From an uncultured Oscillospiraceae bacterium (GTDB taxonomy: Bacteria > Bacillota > Clostridia > Oscillospirales > Oscillospiraceae): a stretch of DNA of 64,000 nt. This document shows positions 35,653 to 44,987 of the stretch, in pieces (within the stretch, counting starts at the first letter, position 1; each line of letters opens with the position of its first letter). A model generated the notes under the pieces. It was not told where the DNA came from and ran no database searches. It worked only from the letters and a program-made list of their open reading frames with translations. The translations under genes and the position numbers were made by a program. The stretch spans positions 12,959-76,958 of the forward strand of contig CALXDC010000005.1 in the NCBI GenBank assembly GCA_944386975.1, read 5' to 3'.

Positions 35653-38232
35653 ATGTCCGCTGGGGCGGGGAGAACAGAACCGGCCGTCCGGGGCGGGCGG
35701 CTGACCATTTTTGCCGGCTGTGCCCCGGGGACGGGGAAGACCTACGCCATGCTGCAGGCGGCCCTCCGGGCCCAGGCGGCAGGGGTGGATGTGGTGACCG
35801 GTACCGACGGCGGCCGGTGGCCGGAGACTCGGGCTCTGGCGGAGACGCTGGAGCGGCTGCCGGGGCGGGCGGAGGCGGGAGAGCTGGATCTGGATGCTGC
35901 ATTGGAGCGGGGCCCTGCCCTTCTGCTGGTAGACGATCTGGGGCGGCACAACGGTCCGGCATGCCGCCACAGAAAACGGTCGCAGGATGTGGAGGAGCTG
36001 CTGAAGGCGGGGGTGGACGTATACGCCACTTTGAATGTGACCTGTATTGAGAGCCTTCAGGACGCTGTTCAGTCCATTCTGGGCGAAAACCTGCCGGACC
36101 GGGTGCCGGACGGCGTGTTTGACGGTGCCTTCCAGGTGGTGTTGGCGGACTGGGATCCGTCGGGCCTTCCGGCACGGTTGGAGGGAAGGTTCACCTCCGC
36201 CCAGCTTACCGCTCTGCGGGAGCTGGCGCTCCGCCGCTGCGCCGACCGGCTGGCCCGGGAAAGCCGGGGAGAGCCGGAGGGATACCGGGCCGCCGAGCAC
36301 ATCCTGGTCTGCCTCTCATCCGCCCCCTCCAACGCCCGGATTATCCGCACCGCCGGGCGCATGGCCGACGCCTTCCACGGGGCGCTCACCGCGCTTTTTG
36401 TGGAGACGGGAGAGTTTCAGCACGTCTCTGGGGCGGACAGGGCCCGGTTGGAGGAGCACATCCGGCTGGCCCGGCAGCTGGGGGCCTCCATTGAGACGGT
36501 ATACGGGGACGATATTCCCTACCAGATTGCAGAATTTGCCCGCCTGTCGGGCGTGACGAAGATTGTCATCGGCCGCAGCGCCGTATCTCGTCGCACCCCC
36601 TGGGGAAAGCCTGTTCTGACGGAGCGGCTCATTGCGCTGGCGCCGGAGCTGGACATCCACATCATCCCCGACCAGGGGACGCTGACCGCCCCCCGCCGTC
36701 CCCGTCCTCTGGCGGCTTTTCTGGCTCCTCCGCCCCTGCGGGATCTGGCCAAGAGCGCCCTGCTGCTGGCGGCGGCCACCTTGACAGGTTTCATCTTCTA
36801 TTATTTTGGTCTGACAGAAGCCAACATCATCACCGTCTATCTTCTCAGCGTCATGCTCATTGCTGTGGTGACCAAAAGTTCGGTGTGCAGTTTTGTGGCC
36901 TCGGCAGGCAGCGTGCTGATTTTCAACTTCCTGTTCACCGATCCCCGATTTTCCCTTCACGCCTATGACAGCAGCTATCCCGTTACCTTTCTGGTGATGT
37001 TTCTGGCCGCCCTGCTCACCGGATCGCTGGCCACCAAGCTGAAGTCCCACGCCCAGCGATCCGCACAGCTGGCCTGGCGGACGGGGGTGCTCTTCGAGAC
37101 CAACCAGAGTCTTCAGAAGGCCGCCGACGCAGGGGAGATTCTGGCGGTGGCTGCCGGACAGCTGGTGAAGCTCTTCGGACGGGACGTGGCGGTCTACGAG
37201 GCCCGGCAGGGGGCGCTGGAGTCCCCGCGGATCTTTCCGGCAGGCGGCCAGAAGGGGGACTATCCCTGGGAGCGGCGGGTAGCGGAGTGGGTACTGAAGA
37301 ACAACCGACGGGCCGGAGCCGGGACAGAGACCTTTTCCGAGGCGCCCTGTCTCTATCTGGCGGTGCGGGCGGGGGACCGGGTCTACGGGGTGATCGGTCT
37401 GGCTGCCGGGGACCGCCCACTGGAGGCCTTTGAAAACAGCATCCTCCTCTCCATCCTGGGGGAGTGTGCCCTGGCCCTGGAGAGCCGGAGGAACGCCCGG
37501 GAAAAGGAGGAGGCCGCAGTGCTGGCCAAAAACGAGCAGCTGCGGGCCAATCTCCTCCGAGCCATTTCCCACGATCTTCGGACTCCCCTTACCTCCATCT
37601 CCGGCAACGCCGGCAACCTCCTCTCCCACGGTGCGCTTTTCGATGAGGAGACCAAGCGGCAGATGTACGAGGATATCTACGACGACGCCATGTGGCTGAT
37701 TAATCTGGTGGAGAATCTCCTGTCGGTCAGCCGGCTGGAGGAGGGACGCATGACGCTGCGGCTGTCCACGGAATTGATGGAGGAGGTGGTGGGAGAGGCC
37801 TTGCGCCATGTGGACAGGCGGAGCAAGGACTACCATCTGACGGTGGAGAGCGGACCGGAGTACCTGCTGGCCCGGATTGACGCACGACTCATCGTTCAGG
37901 TGCTCATCAACCTCATTGATAACGCCGTGAAGTATACCCCACCCGGCTCCCATATCACCATCACGTTGGGAAGAATGGGGGAGCAGGTGCGTGTGTCGGT
38001 AGCGGACGACGGTCCGGGAATTCCGAGAGAGATGCAGCAGCGGGTCTTCGACATGTTTTTTACCGGGGCCAACCGCATCGGGGACAGCCGCCGGAGCCTG
38101 GGGCTGGGGCTGGCCCTGTGCAAATCCATCGTCAGCGCCCACGGCGGGGAGATCTCCGTAGCGGACAACAAGCCCCACGGGGCGGTTTTTACATTTACGG
38201 TGCCATCCGGGGAGGTAGAGCTGCATGAATAA
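35653..38232 (+). CDS. kdpD: KdpD-type sensor histidine kinase
   Basis: ATG at 35653 after GGGAGGGAG. N-terminal KdpD P-loop GCAPGTGKTYAML, Usp-like region, four TM helices, GAF-like region, H-box ISHDLRTPL, HATPase (DDGPGI, GLGLALC). Confidence 0.88.
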   Translation: MSAGAGRTEPAVRGGRLTIFAGCAPGTGKTYAMLQAALRAQAAGVDVVTGTDGGRWPETRALAETLERLPGRAEAGELDLDAALERGPALLLVDDLGRHNGPACRHRKRSQDVEELLKAGVDVYATLNVTCIESLQDAVQSILGENLPDRVPDGVFDGAFQVVLADWDPSGLPARLEGRFTSAQLTALRELALRRCADRLARESRGEPEGYRAAEHILVCLSSAPSNARIIRTAGRMADAFHGALTALFVETGEFQHVSGADRARLEEHIRLARQLGASIETVYGDDIPYQIAEFARLSGVTKIVIGRSAVSRRTPWGKPVLTERLIALAPELDIHIIPDQGTLTAPRRPRPLAAFLAPPPLRDLAKSALLLAAATLTGFIFYYFGLTEANIITVYLLSVMLIAVVTKSSVCSFVASAGSVLIFNFLFTDPRFSLHAYDSSYPVTFLVMFLAALLTGSLATKLKSHAQRSAQLAWRTGVLFETNQSLQKAADAGEILAVAAGQLVKLFGRDVAVYEARQGALESPRIFPAGGQKGDYPWERRVAEWVLKNNRRAGAGTETFSEAPCLYLAVRAGDRVYGVIGLAAGDRPLEAFENSILLSILGECALALESRRNAREKEEAAVLAKNEQLRANLLRAISHDLRTPLTSISGNAGNLLSHGALFDEETKRQMYEDIYDDAMWLINLVENLLSVSRLEEGRMTLRLSTELMEEVVGEALRHVDRRSKDYHLTVESGPEYLLARIDARLIVQVLINLIDNAVKYTPPGSHITITLGRMGEQVRVSVADDGPGIPREMQQRVFDMFFTGANRIGDSRRSLGLGLALCKSIVSAHGGEISVADNKPHGAVFTFTVPSGEVELHE

Positions 38233-38923
38233 ACCCATGATCCTGGTGGTGGAGGACGACGCCCCCATCCGCAATCTCATTACCACCACTCTGCGGGCCC
38301 ATGACTACCGCTACCTCACCGCTGCCAATGGGGAGGGAGCCATTCTGGAGGCATCCTCCCACAATCCGGAGATCATGCTGCTGGATCTGGGCCTTCCGGA
38401 TATGGACGGGGTGGAGGTGATCCGGCGGGTTCGAACCTGGTCGGATCTGCCCATCATCGTCATCAGTGCCCGCAGCGAGGATGCGGATAAAATCGAGGCC
38501 TTGGACGCCGGAGCGGACGACTATCTCACCAAGCCCTTCTCGGTGGAGGAGCTGCTGGCCCGGCTGCGGGTGACGCAACGGCGGCTGGCGGCCCAGCGGC
38601 CCGGCGGCACGGTGGAGGCGGTGTTTACCAATGGTCGGCTGCGGGTGGACTACGCGGCGGGGTGTGCTTTCCTGGGGGAACAGGAGCTCCATCTCACCCC
38701 CAGCGAGTACAAGCTCCTGTGTCTGCTGTCCCGGAATGTGGGGAAGGTGCTGACTCACACCTACATCACCCAGCAGCTCTGGGGCCGCAGCTGGGACAAT
38801 GACGTGGCGTCCCTGCGGGTGTTCATGGCCACGCTTCGGAAAAAGCTGGAGCAGGAGCCCGGCTCGCCCCAGTATATCCAGACCCACATCGGCATCGGCT
38901 ATCGGATGCTCCGGGTAGAATAG
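38225..38923 (+). CDS. kdpE: OmpR-family response regulator (KdpE-like)
   Basis: 232 aa. ILVVEDDAPIRNL...LLDLGLPDMDG receiver domain and a winged-helix C-terminus. Overlaps the kdpD stop codon. Confidence 0.85.
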   Translation: MNKPMILVVEDDAPIRNLITTTLRAHDYRYLTAANGEGAILEASSHNPEIMLLDLGLPDMDGVEVIRRVRTWSDLPIIVISARSEDADKIEALDAGADDYLTKPFSVEELLARLRVTQRRLAAQRPGGTVEAVFTNGRLRVDYAAGCAFLGEQELHLTPSEYKLLCLLSRNVGKVLTHTYITQQLWGRSWDNDVASLRVFMATLRKKLEQEPGSPQYIQTHIGIGYRMLRVE

Positions 38924-39108
38924 GGAACCGCCGCTTCGGAGAGGACGCTCTCCCAAGCGGCGGCTCTTTTTGTGTTCTTCCAAGTGGAGATTTTGCGGTC
39001 TCTGGTGTGGGAACCCATCGGAAGAGGCATTCCCGGTCACAGAGATTCTCATCAGGGATGGAACATAGTTGGTTTACGATCAGTCCCCCATCATGCGCAT
39101 ATCAGGCG

Positions 39109-39480
39109 TCATTGCAGATGCCGCCCGACAAAAGTCCGAATGGCGTCAAAGCTCTCTGGACTGATGACATGCTCCATGCGGCAGGCATCCTCCGCCGCAA
39201 CCTTGGGGTCCACCCCCAGGGCCGATAACCAGTCGGTGAGAAAGGTGTGCCGCTCGTAGATCCGCCGGGCAATCTCCAGCCCTGCCGCGGTGAGAGAGAT
39301 GCGTCCGCCGCTGTCCACCTCCACATAGCCGTTTTCCCGGAGGTTTTTCATGGCAATGCTGACGCTGGGCTTGGAGAACGACAGTTCGGCGGCGATGTCG
39401 ATGGCCCGGGCGTAGCCGTTGCGTTGGGTGAGTACCAGGATGGTCTCCAGATAGTTTTCCGCAGATTCCTGTATTTTCAT
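39109..39480 (-). CDS. DtxR/MntR-family metal-dependent transcriptional regulator
   Basis: ATG at 39480. MKIQESAENYLETILVL...ARAIDIAAELSFSKPSVSIAMKNLRENGYV is the typical DtxR N-terminal HTH. Confidence 0.85.
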   Translation of the reverse strand: MKIQESAENYLETILVLTQRNGYARAIDIAAELSFSKPSVSIAMKNLRENGYVEVDSGGRISLTAAGLEIARRIYERHTFLTDWLSALGVDPKVAAEDACRMEHVISPESFDAIRTFVGRHLQ

Positions 39481-39888
39481 GTGGTCGCCTCCCCTTTGTC
39501 CCGGTAGAATGGATTCGATGCGTATCATAACGTTATCATTGTACCATGTCTCATCTGCTCGCGCAAGCAGATGACATTTTTCACCTTGAAATGTGTATCA
39601 TTAAAAAATGTTATTTATATGAAACACAAACGCAAAAACGGAAAGAGGGAAAGCAGTACCCCGGTTCCGAAAACTGGAAAGAACAGATCTGACAACTGAA
39701 AAATGGAACACATACACAAAAAAAGGAGGGAGATTTGTATATATCTCATAATGGTAAGCCGGTTGTAATCCCATCAGCAATATGGTACAATACCAGTAAA
39801 AATAGTTGCATTTTGTTTTTGTTTTTTACAAAAGTGTTGGAATAATCGCAAAAAGATATTCCAACACGAACCAGAGAGGAAGAGGGAA

Positions 39889-40815
39889 GTGGCCGGTGCC
39901 TACAGGATCTATATGGATGGCCGGGACGAGTGCCTGGGGTGGGAGGACCATCTCCTGCGGGAGCGGCAGGGGTCCTTCCTTCTGGCGTTTCTGGACCAGG
40001 ACTGGGAGGCGCTGGCCGATCAGGCCCAGGCGCTGCGGCGGCAGGCCTTCCACCTGGAGCAAATGTACGCGGGTTACCGCCGCTTGCGGGAAGAGTTTCA
40101 GGAGGCCCATCCCCTCTTCCGCCAGGAGCTGGACCGGATGGCGGACAGCGCCGACAGCCTTTATGCCGCCGGACAGTGGGCGGGGGAGATGGGACGCTTT
40201 CGCCGCCTGATGGCAGCGGCAGTGGAGCGGGTGCTGGACCGGGATACCGGGGCCGGCGGAGCCGGCGGCCGGTACCGCCAGCTGTTGGAGGAGGTCAGCG
40301 AGCTGTCCCGGCTGGCAGACCGTCTCCACGAGGGAGTGGGCGTTCAGTACGCCTTCGACAGCGGCCAGGGCCAGCTGTGCCTCACCGCCAGGGACCTTCG
40401 GGCACTGCTCTTTTTGTCCTTTGAATACCTGGTGTCCCAGGGGTACGCGCTGGGCCGCTGCCTCAACTGCGGGCGGTACTTTGTGCCCTTTTCGGTGAAC
40501 ACCTGTTACTGTGACCGGCCTGTGGGAGAAGGCCGAATCTGCAAGACCGCAGCGGCCAAGGTAAACTATACGAAAAAACTCCGGCAGGATCAGGCCCGGA
40601 GTCTCTACGCCAAGCAGAACAACACCTACCAGATGCGGGTCCGCCGGTCTCCGGAGCGGTATCCCGAGGAGGAGTACCGTCTCTGGCGGCAGCAGGCCAA
40701 AGAGCTGCTGGCCGCCACGGAGCGGGGCGAGCTGAGCTGGGAGGAATTTCAGCGCAAGATGGAGCTGCCCCGGCGGCGGGGCGGAGAAGAGAGGGATGTA
40801 TGGAACGGCAAGTGA
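39889..40815 (+). CDS. hypothetical Cys-rich protein, first gene of the BMC operon
   Basis: GTG start after GAGAGGAAGAGGGAA. Zinc-ribbon-like CLNCGRYFVPFSVNTCYCDRPVGEGRIC. Overlaps the ADH start by 16 nt. Confidence 0.55.
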   Translation: MAGAYRIYMDGRDECLGWEDHLLRERQGSFLLAFLDQDWEALADQAQALRRQAFHLEQMYAGYRRLREEFQEAHPLFRQELDRMADSADSLYAAGQWAGEMGRFRRLMAAAVERVLDRDTGAGGAGGRYRQLLEEVSELSRLADRLHEGVGVQYAFDSGQGQLCLTARDLRALLFLSFEYLVSQGYALGRCLNCGRYFVPFSVNTCYCDRPVGEGRICKTAAAKVNYTKKLRQDQARSLYAKQNNTYQMRVRRSPERYPEEEYRLWRQQAKELLAATERGELSWEEFQRKMELPRRRGGEERDVWNGK

Positions 40816-42014
40816 TCGAGCTGATGCAGCCCCGGCACACCCTCATCGGGGAGGGAAGCATTCGGGAGATTCCCCGGTATCTCCGGCGGCTTCAGGAGAA
40901 TATGAAGGCCCTGGTGGTGACGGACAAGGGCCTCGTGAAGATCGGAACCGCTCAAAAGGTCACCGGTGAACTGGACCGGGCGGGGGTGCGCTGGTGCCTC
41001 TATGACGGGGTGGAGCCAAACCCCACCGTGTCCATTGTGAACGAGGCCATGGACTGCTATCGCCGGGAGGGCTGCGGCTGCATCATTGCCATCGGCGGCG
41101 GTTCTCCCATTGACGTGGCCAAGGCGGTGAGCATCCTGGCAGAAAACGGCGGCAGGATCCAGGACTATCACGGGGTGAACAAGTCCCGGCGGCCCGGGGC
41201 CCCCATCGTGGCGGTGAACACCACTGCGGGTACCGGCAGCGAGGTGACCTGCGTTTATGTGATCACCGACGAAAAAGAAAATGTGAAAATGGTGATGATG
41301 GACCCCAACTGTCTGGCCTATCTGGCCATCGACGATCCCAGCCTTATGGTGGGGATGCCCCCGGCTCTGACGGCGGCCACCGGTATGGACGCTCTCACCC
41401 ACGCGGTGGAGTGCTACGTTTGCCGGGAGGCCACTCCCTATACCGACGGGCTGGCCCTGGAGGCCATCCGTCTGGTGGGCACGGCCCTGCGCCGGGCGGT
41501 GCGGGACGGCGGGGACATGAAGGCCCGGACAGACATGTGCTGGGCGGAGTATCTGGCGGGGCTGGCCTTCTCCAACGCAGGCCTCGGCCTTGGTCACAGC
41601 ATTGCCCACCAGCTGGGAGCCCAATACCACACCCCCCACGGGGAGGCCTGCGCCCAGATTCTGCCCCGGGTGATGGAGTATAACGCCCCCGCCTGCCTCG
41701 GGCGGATGGGGGATATTGCCAAGGCTTTGGGGGCGGATCTCCAGGGGCTCACGGAGGAGGAGGCCGCCCATCTGGCGGCGGACTGTGTCCGGGACCTCTG
41801 CGACGATATCGGCATCCGTCCCCTCCACGCCTGCGGCTTCTCCATGGATGATATCGGTCTTCTCTCCCGGCATGCCATGGAGGACACCTGTGTACCTTCC
41901 AACCCCGTGACTCCCACGGAGGAGGAAGTGGGCCGTATTCTGGCCAAAGCCTACTGTGAGGGGCTGGTGGTGGAGGCTATCCGCCAGCGCGCTGCGGGAA
42001 AGGAGAACCCATGA
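40800..42014 (+). CDS. iron-containing alcohol dehydrogenase (PduQ/EutG-like)
   Basis: 404 aa. GGGSPIDVAKA, TTAGTGSEVT, and the His cluster HAVECY...GHSIAHQLG...HGEA. Confidence 0.88.
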   Translation: MERQVIELMQPRHTLIGEGSIREIPRYLRRLQENMKALVVTDKGLVKIGTAQKVTGELDRAGVRWCLYDGVEPNPTVSIVNEAMDCYRREGCGCIIAIGGGSPIDVAKAVSILAENGGRIQDYHGVNKSRRPGAPIVAVNTTAGTGSEVTCVYVITDEKENVKMVMMDPNCLAYLAIDDPSLMVGMPPALTAATGMDALTHAVECYVCREATPYTDGLALEAIRLVGTALRRAVRDGGDMKARTDMCWAEYLAGLAFSNAGLGLGHSIAHQLGAQYHTPHGEACAQILPRVMEYNAPACLGRMGDIAKALGADLQGLTEEEAAHLAADCVRDLCDDIGIRPLHACGFSMDDIGLLSRHAMEDTCVPSNPVTPTEEEVGRILAKAYCEGLVVEAIRQRAAGKENP

Positions 42015-42658
42015 GCGGCAATAAGATCATCATTCAAGACCGGCAGCAGCAGCAGATCACCACCTATGTGATCTATCGGGAGACGGGACGGATTTTCGTT
42101 CCTGCCGCCGCCTCCAACCGCCATGTCCATCTCACCACGGCAACCCTGGAGCGGCTCTTCGGCCCCGGCTACCAGCTGACTCCCATCAAGGATCTCTCCC
42201 AGCCCGGCCAGTACGCCGCCGCAGAGACAGTGACGGTGGCGGGACCCAAGGGGGAGCTGAAGAAGGTCCGGGTGCTGGGGCCGGTGCGGAAGGAAGATCA
42301 GGTGGAGATCTCCCGTACCGATTCCTTCCAGCTGGGGGTGAAGCCGGTGGTGCGGATGTCCGGCGATGTGGCCGGAACCCCGGGGTGCCGGCTCATCGGC
42401 CCGGTGGGGGAGGCGGAGCTTCCCCAGGGGGTTATCGTGGCTGCGCGGCATCTCCATCTCTCGAAGGAGCAGTGTGAGACCTATGGCCTTCACGACGGGG
42501 AAGTGATCGCCCTGCGCAGCGCCGGGGAGCGGTCCGCTGTGCTGGAGAATGTGGTGGTCCGGTCTGGGCCGGGCCACGACATGGAGGTCCATTTAGATAC
42601 CGACGAGGCCAACGCCATGGCCATGCCCAACGGCGAGATGCTGGAGGTTATCCGATAG
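42011..42658 (+). CDS. pduL: phosphate acyltransferase PduL
   Basis: 215 aa. Two PduL repeats with SNRHVHLT and ARHLHLS. ATGA overlap with the ADH gene. Confidence 0.85.
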   Translation: MSGNKIIIQDRQQQQITTYVIYRETGRIFVPAAASNRHVHLTTATLERLFGPGYQLTPIKDLSQPGQYAAAETVTVAGPKGELKKVRVLGPVRKEDQVEISRTDSFQLGVKPVVRMSGDVAGTPGCRLIGPVGEAELPQGVIVAARHLHLSKEQCETYGLHDGEVIALRSAGERSAVLENVVVRSGPGHDMEVHLDTDEANAMAMPNGEMLEVIR

Positions 42659-42673
42659 AATAGGACGAGTGCA

Positions 42674-43309
42674 ATGGACAGAGAACAGCTGCACAAGTTG
42701 ATCGAAGAGGTCACCGGCGAGGTGGAGGCCCGTCTGGCCCGGAAAAACGGCAGCAAACCCCAGGGAAAACGGGTGCTGCTGCTGGCGGGGCCTCCGGCCT
42801 TCCCTCAGGACCTGGAGGCCTGCCTTCTCTCCCGGGGCGGCGGGTGGACCACGGCAGATCTCAGCGCCGAGAACGCTCCGGACCGGAATACCCTCCAGGA
42901 GCTGGTGAGCCGGGCGGAGGAGGTGGCCCTGGCCGCGCCCCCCATTGCCCTTCTGCGGGAAATTGCCGACGGGGAGGATGGTTCGGACCTGGCTTATCTG
43001 ATGATCCGGGCCATTTTGTGGGGAAAGCGGACCGCGCTTCTCCTGGACTTTGACCCGCCCCGGTTCCGGCGCAACAGCCTTCTCGGCCAGGTGGCCGAGG
43101 CGGTGGAGGCTCTTCAGTCCATGGAGGTGGAGGTGGTGAACTACCGCCGCAGCCGTCCTCGGACGGAGCCTTTGGAGTTGGTGACGGAGGAGGCGGTGCG
43201 CCGGGCGGCCAAGAGTCGGGAACGGACCCTTCGCTGCGCCGTGAACGCCATCATCACCCCCTCCGCCCGGGACGCCATCCGGGAACTGGGGGTGGAGATC
43301 CAATATTAA
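42674..43309 (+). CDS. BMC-associated protein, PduM-like (tentative)
   Basis: 211 aa. N-terminal amphipathic helix DREQLHKLIEEVTGEVEARL. The C-terminus LVTEEAVRRAAKSRERTLRCAVNAIITPSARDAIRELGVEI resembles the PduM C-terminus as I remember it. Sits between pduL and a pduN-like gene. Confidence 0.45.
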   Translation: MDREQLHKLIEEVTGEVEARLARKNGSKPQGKRVLLLAGPPAFPQDLEACLLSRGGGWTTADLSAENAPDRNTLQELVSRAEEVALAAPPIALLREIADGEDGSDLAYLMIRAILWGKRTALLLDFDPPRFRRNSLLGQVAEAVEALQSMEVEVVNYRRSRPRTEPLELVTEEAVRRAAKSRERTLRCAVNAIITPSARDAIRELGVEIQY

Positions 43310-43321
43310 AGGAGTGACGCT

Positions 43322-43639
43322 ATGCAGTTGGCGAGAGTAAAGGGGACGGTGGTGAGCACCAACAAGGCGGAGACCCTGCTGGGGATGAAACTTTTGCTGG
43401 TGAAGCCCATCGATATCGAGACCTGGGAGGAGAAGGGCGACGTGCTGGTAGCCATTGACGCCGTGGGCGCCGGAGAGGGCGAGGTGGTGATGGTGGTCAG
43501 CGGCAGCTCCTCCCGTCAGACGGAAGTCACCGTCAACCGCCCCACAGACCTCACCATCGCCGCCATTGTGGATACGGTGGACGTGGGAGGACGCCGGGTC
43601 TTTGAGAAGTTTGTGAAGGAGGCCGGGGAGACCCGGTAA
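43322..43639 (+). CDS. BMC vertex pentamer (BMC-P, EutN/PduN/CcmL family), paralog 1
   Basis: MQLARVKGTVVSTNK... is the typical EutN-fold N-terminus. 105 aa. Confidence 0.85.
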   Translation: MQLARVKGTVVSTNKAETLLGMKLLLVKPIDIETWEEKGDVLVAIDAVGAGEGEVVMVVSGSSSRQTEVTVNRPTDLTIAAIVDTVDVGGRRVFEKFVKEAGETR

Positions 43640-43673
43640 GGCATTGCAGGCAGAAAGCCGAGGTGGCACGAGA

Positions 43674-44987
43674 ATGGACCTGAAGGAACTGGTAAAGAAC
43701 GCGGGGATCTTGGGTGCGGGCGGCGCGGGCTTCCCCACCCATGTGAAGATCAGCTGTCAGGCGGAGGTGGTCATCGTCAACGGGGCCGAGTGCGAGCCCC
43801 TGCTGCGGGTGGACCAGCAGATAATGGAGTTGTACGCCCGGGAAGTGGTGGAAGGCCTCCGGCTGGTGGTGGAGCACACCGGCGCCAAAGAAGGGGTTAT
43901 CGCTCTGAAGGCACACTACAAAGGGGCGGTGGCGGCGCTTACGGAGGTTGTCCAGGGAATGGGCAACATCCGGCTGCACCTCCTTCGGGCCTACTATCCC
44001 GCCGGAGATGAGCAGCAGATCGTCTATGAGGTTACCGGAAAGGTGGTGCCAACCGGGGGATTGCCGTTAGACGTAGGGGCGGTGGTGTGCAACGCCAGTA
44101 CGCTTCTCAACGTGGCTCGGGCCGCCGAGGGAAAGAAAGTGGTGGAGAAGTACGTTACCATAGGCGGCGCGGTAGGCCAGCCCAAGACGGTGAAGGTGCC
44201 GGTGGGCATGTCCTGCAGGGAGCTTCTGGAGGCCGCCGGCGGGGTGACGGAGCCCTGTCGGTATCTCATGGGCGGGCCCTGTATGGGCCGGGTGTTAAAG
44301 GACCTGGATGAGCCGGTGACCAAGACCACCGGGGGCCTTCTGGCCATTCCGGAGGACCACCCCTACTGGCAGCTTCGGGAGGAGAAGCTGAACCTGCAGC
44401 GCATCCAGGCGGTGTGCTGCCAGTGCTCCATGTGCACTCAGATGTGTCCCCGCAACGCATTGGGCCTCAATGTCCAGCCTCACAAGGCCATGCGGACCAT
44501 TGCCCAGGGGGTGGACCTTCTGGGGGATGTGAACGGTATCTTCTCCTGCTGCAACTGCGGTTTGTGTACTTACTACGCCTGTAACTTCGGTCTCCATCCT
44601 TCTCAGGTGATGCAGCAGCTGAAGGGGGCGCTCATGGCCAAGGGGGTACGCCCCCGGAAGGAGGTGTTTACCTCTGCAGACCGGGGCCTGGAGAACAAGA
44701 AAGTGCCGGTGAAGCGGCTTGTAGCGCGGTTGGGACTGACGGACTACGACGTGGCCGCCCCCCTGGAGGACCGGCTCCTCCAGACGGACCGGGTACGGAT
44801 TTTGCTCCGCATGGGTGTGGGAGCCCCCAGCGTGCCGGTGGTCTCTGTGGGAGACAAGGTGCGGAAGAACACACTGGTGGCCGATATTGCTCCGGATAAA
44901 TTGGGGGTCAAGATGCACGCCAGCATCTCCGGCACGGTGACCGCCGTGACGGATGGGTATATTGAGATAAGGAAGGCGACGGTATGA
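43674..44987 (+). CDS. pduS: PduS-like Fe-S flavoprotein (RnfC/NuoF-like with SLBB domain and two 4Fe-4S motifs)
   Basis: ATG at 43674 after GAGGTGG. GAGGAGFPTHVK. Cys clusters CQCSMCTQMCP and CNCGLCTYYAC. Confidence 0.8.
   Translation: MDLKELVKNAGILGAGGAGFPTHVKISCQAEVVIVNGAECEPLLRVDQQIMELYAREVVEGLRLVVEHTGAKEGVIALKAHYKGAVAALTEVVQGMGNIRLHLLRAYYPAGDEQQIVYEVTGKVVPTGGLPLDVGAVVCNASTLLNVARAAEGKKVVEKYVTIGGAVGQPKTVKVPVGMSCRELLEAAGGVTEPCRYLMGGPCMGRVLKDLDEPVTKTTGGLLAIPEDHPYWQLREEKLNLQRIQAVCCQCSMCTQMCPRNALGLNVQPHKAMRTIAQGVDLLGDVNGIFSCCNCGLCTYYACNFGLHPSQVMQQLKGALMAKGVRPRKEVFTSADRGLENKKVPVKRLVARLGLTDYDVAAPLEDRLLQTDRVRILLRMGVGAPSVPVVSVGDKVRKNTLVADIAPDKLGVKMHASISGTVTAVTDGYIEIRKATV

Noticed and set aside
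35279-38289. Long minus-strand Pro/Arg/Gly-rich ORFs (298, 309 and 657 aa) overlapping kdpD
   Set aside because: Antisense shadows of kdpD, with extreme compositional bias and no recognisable domains.
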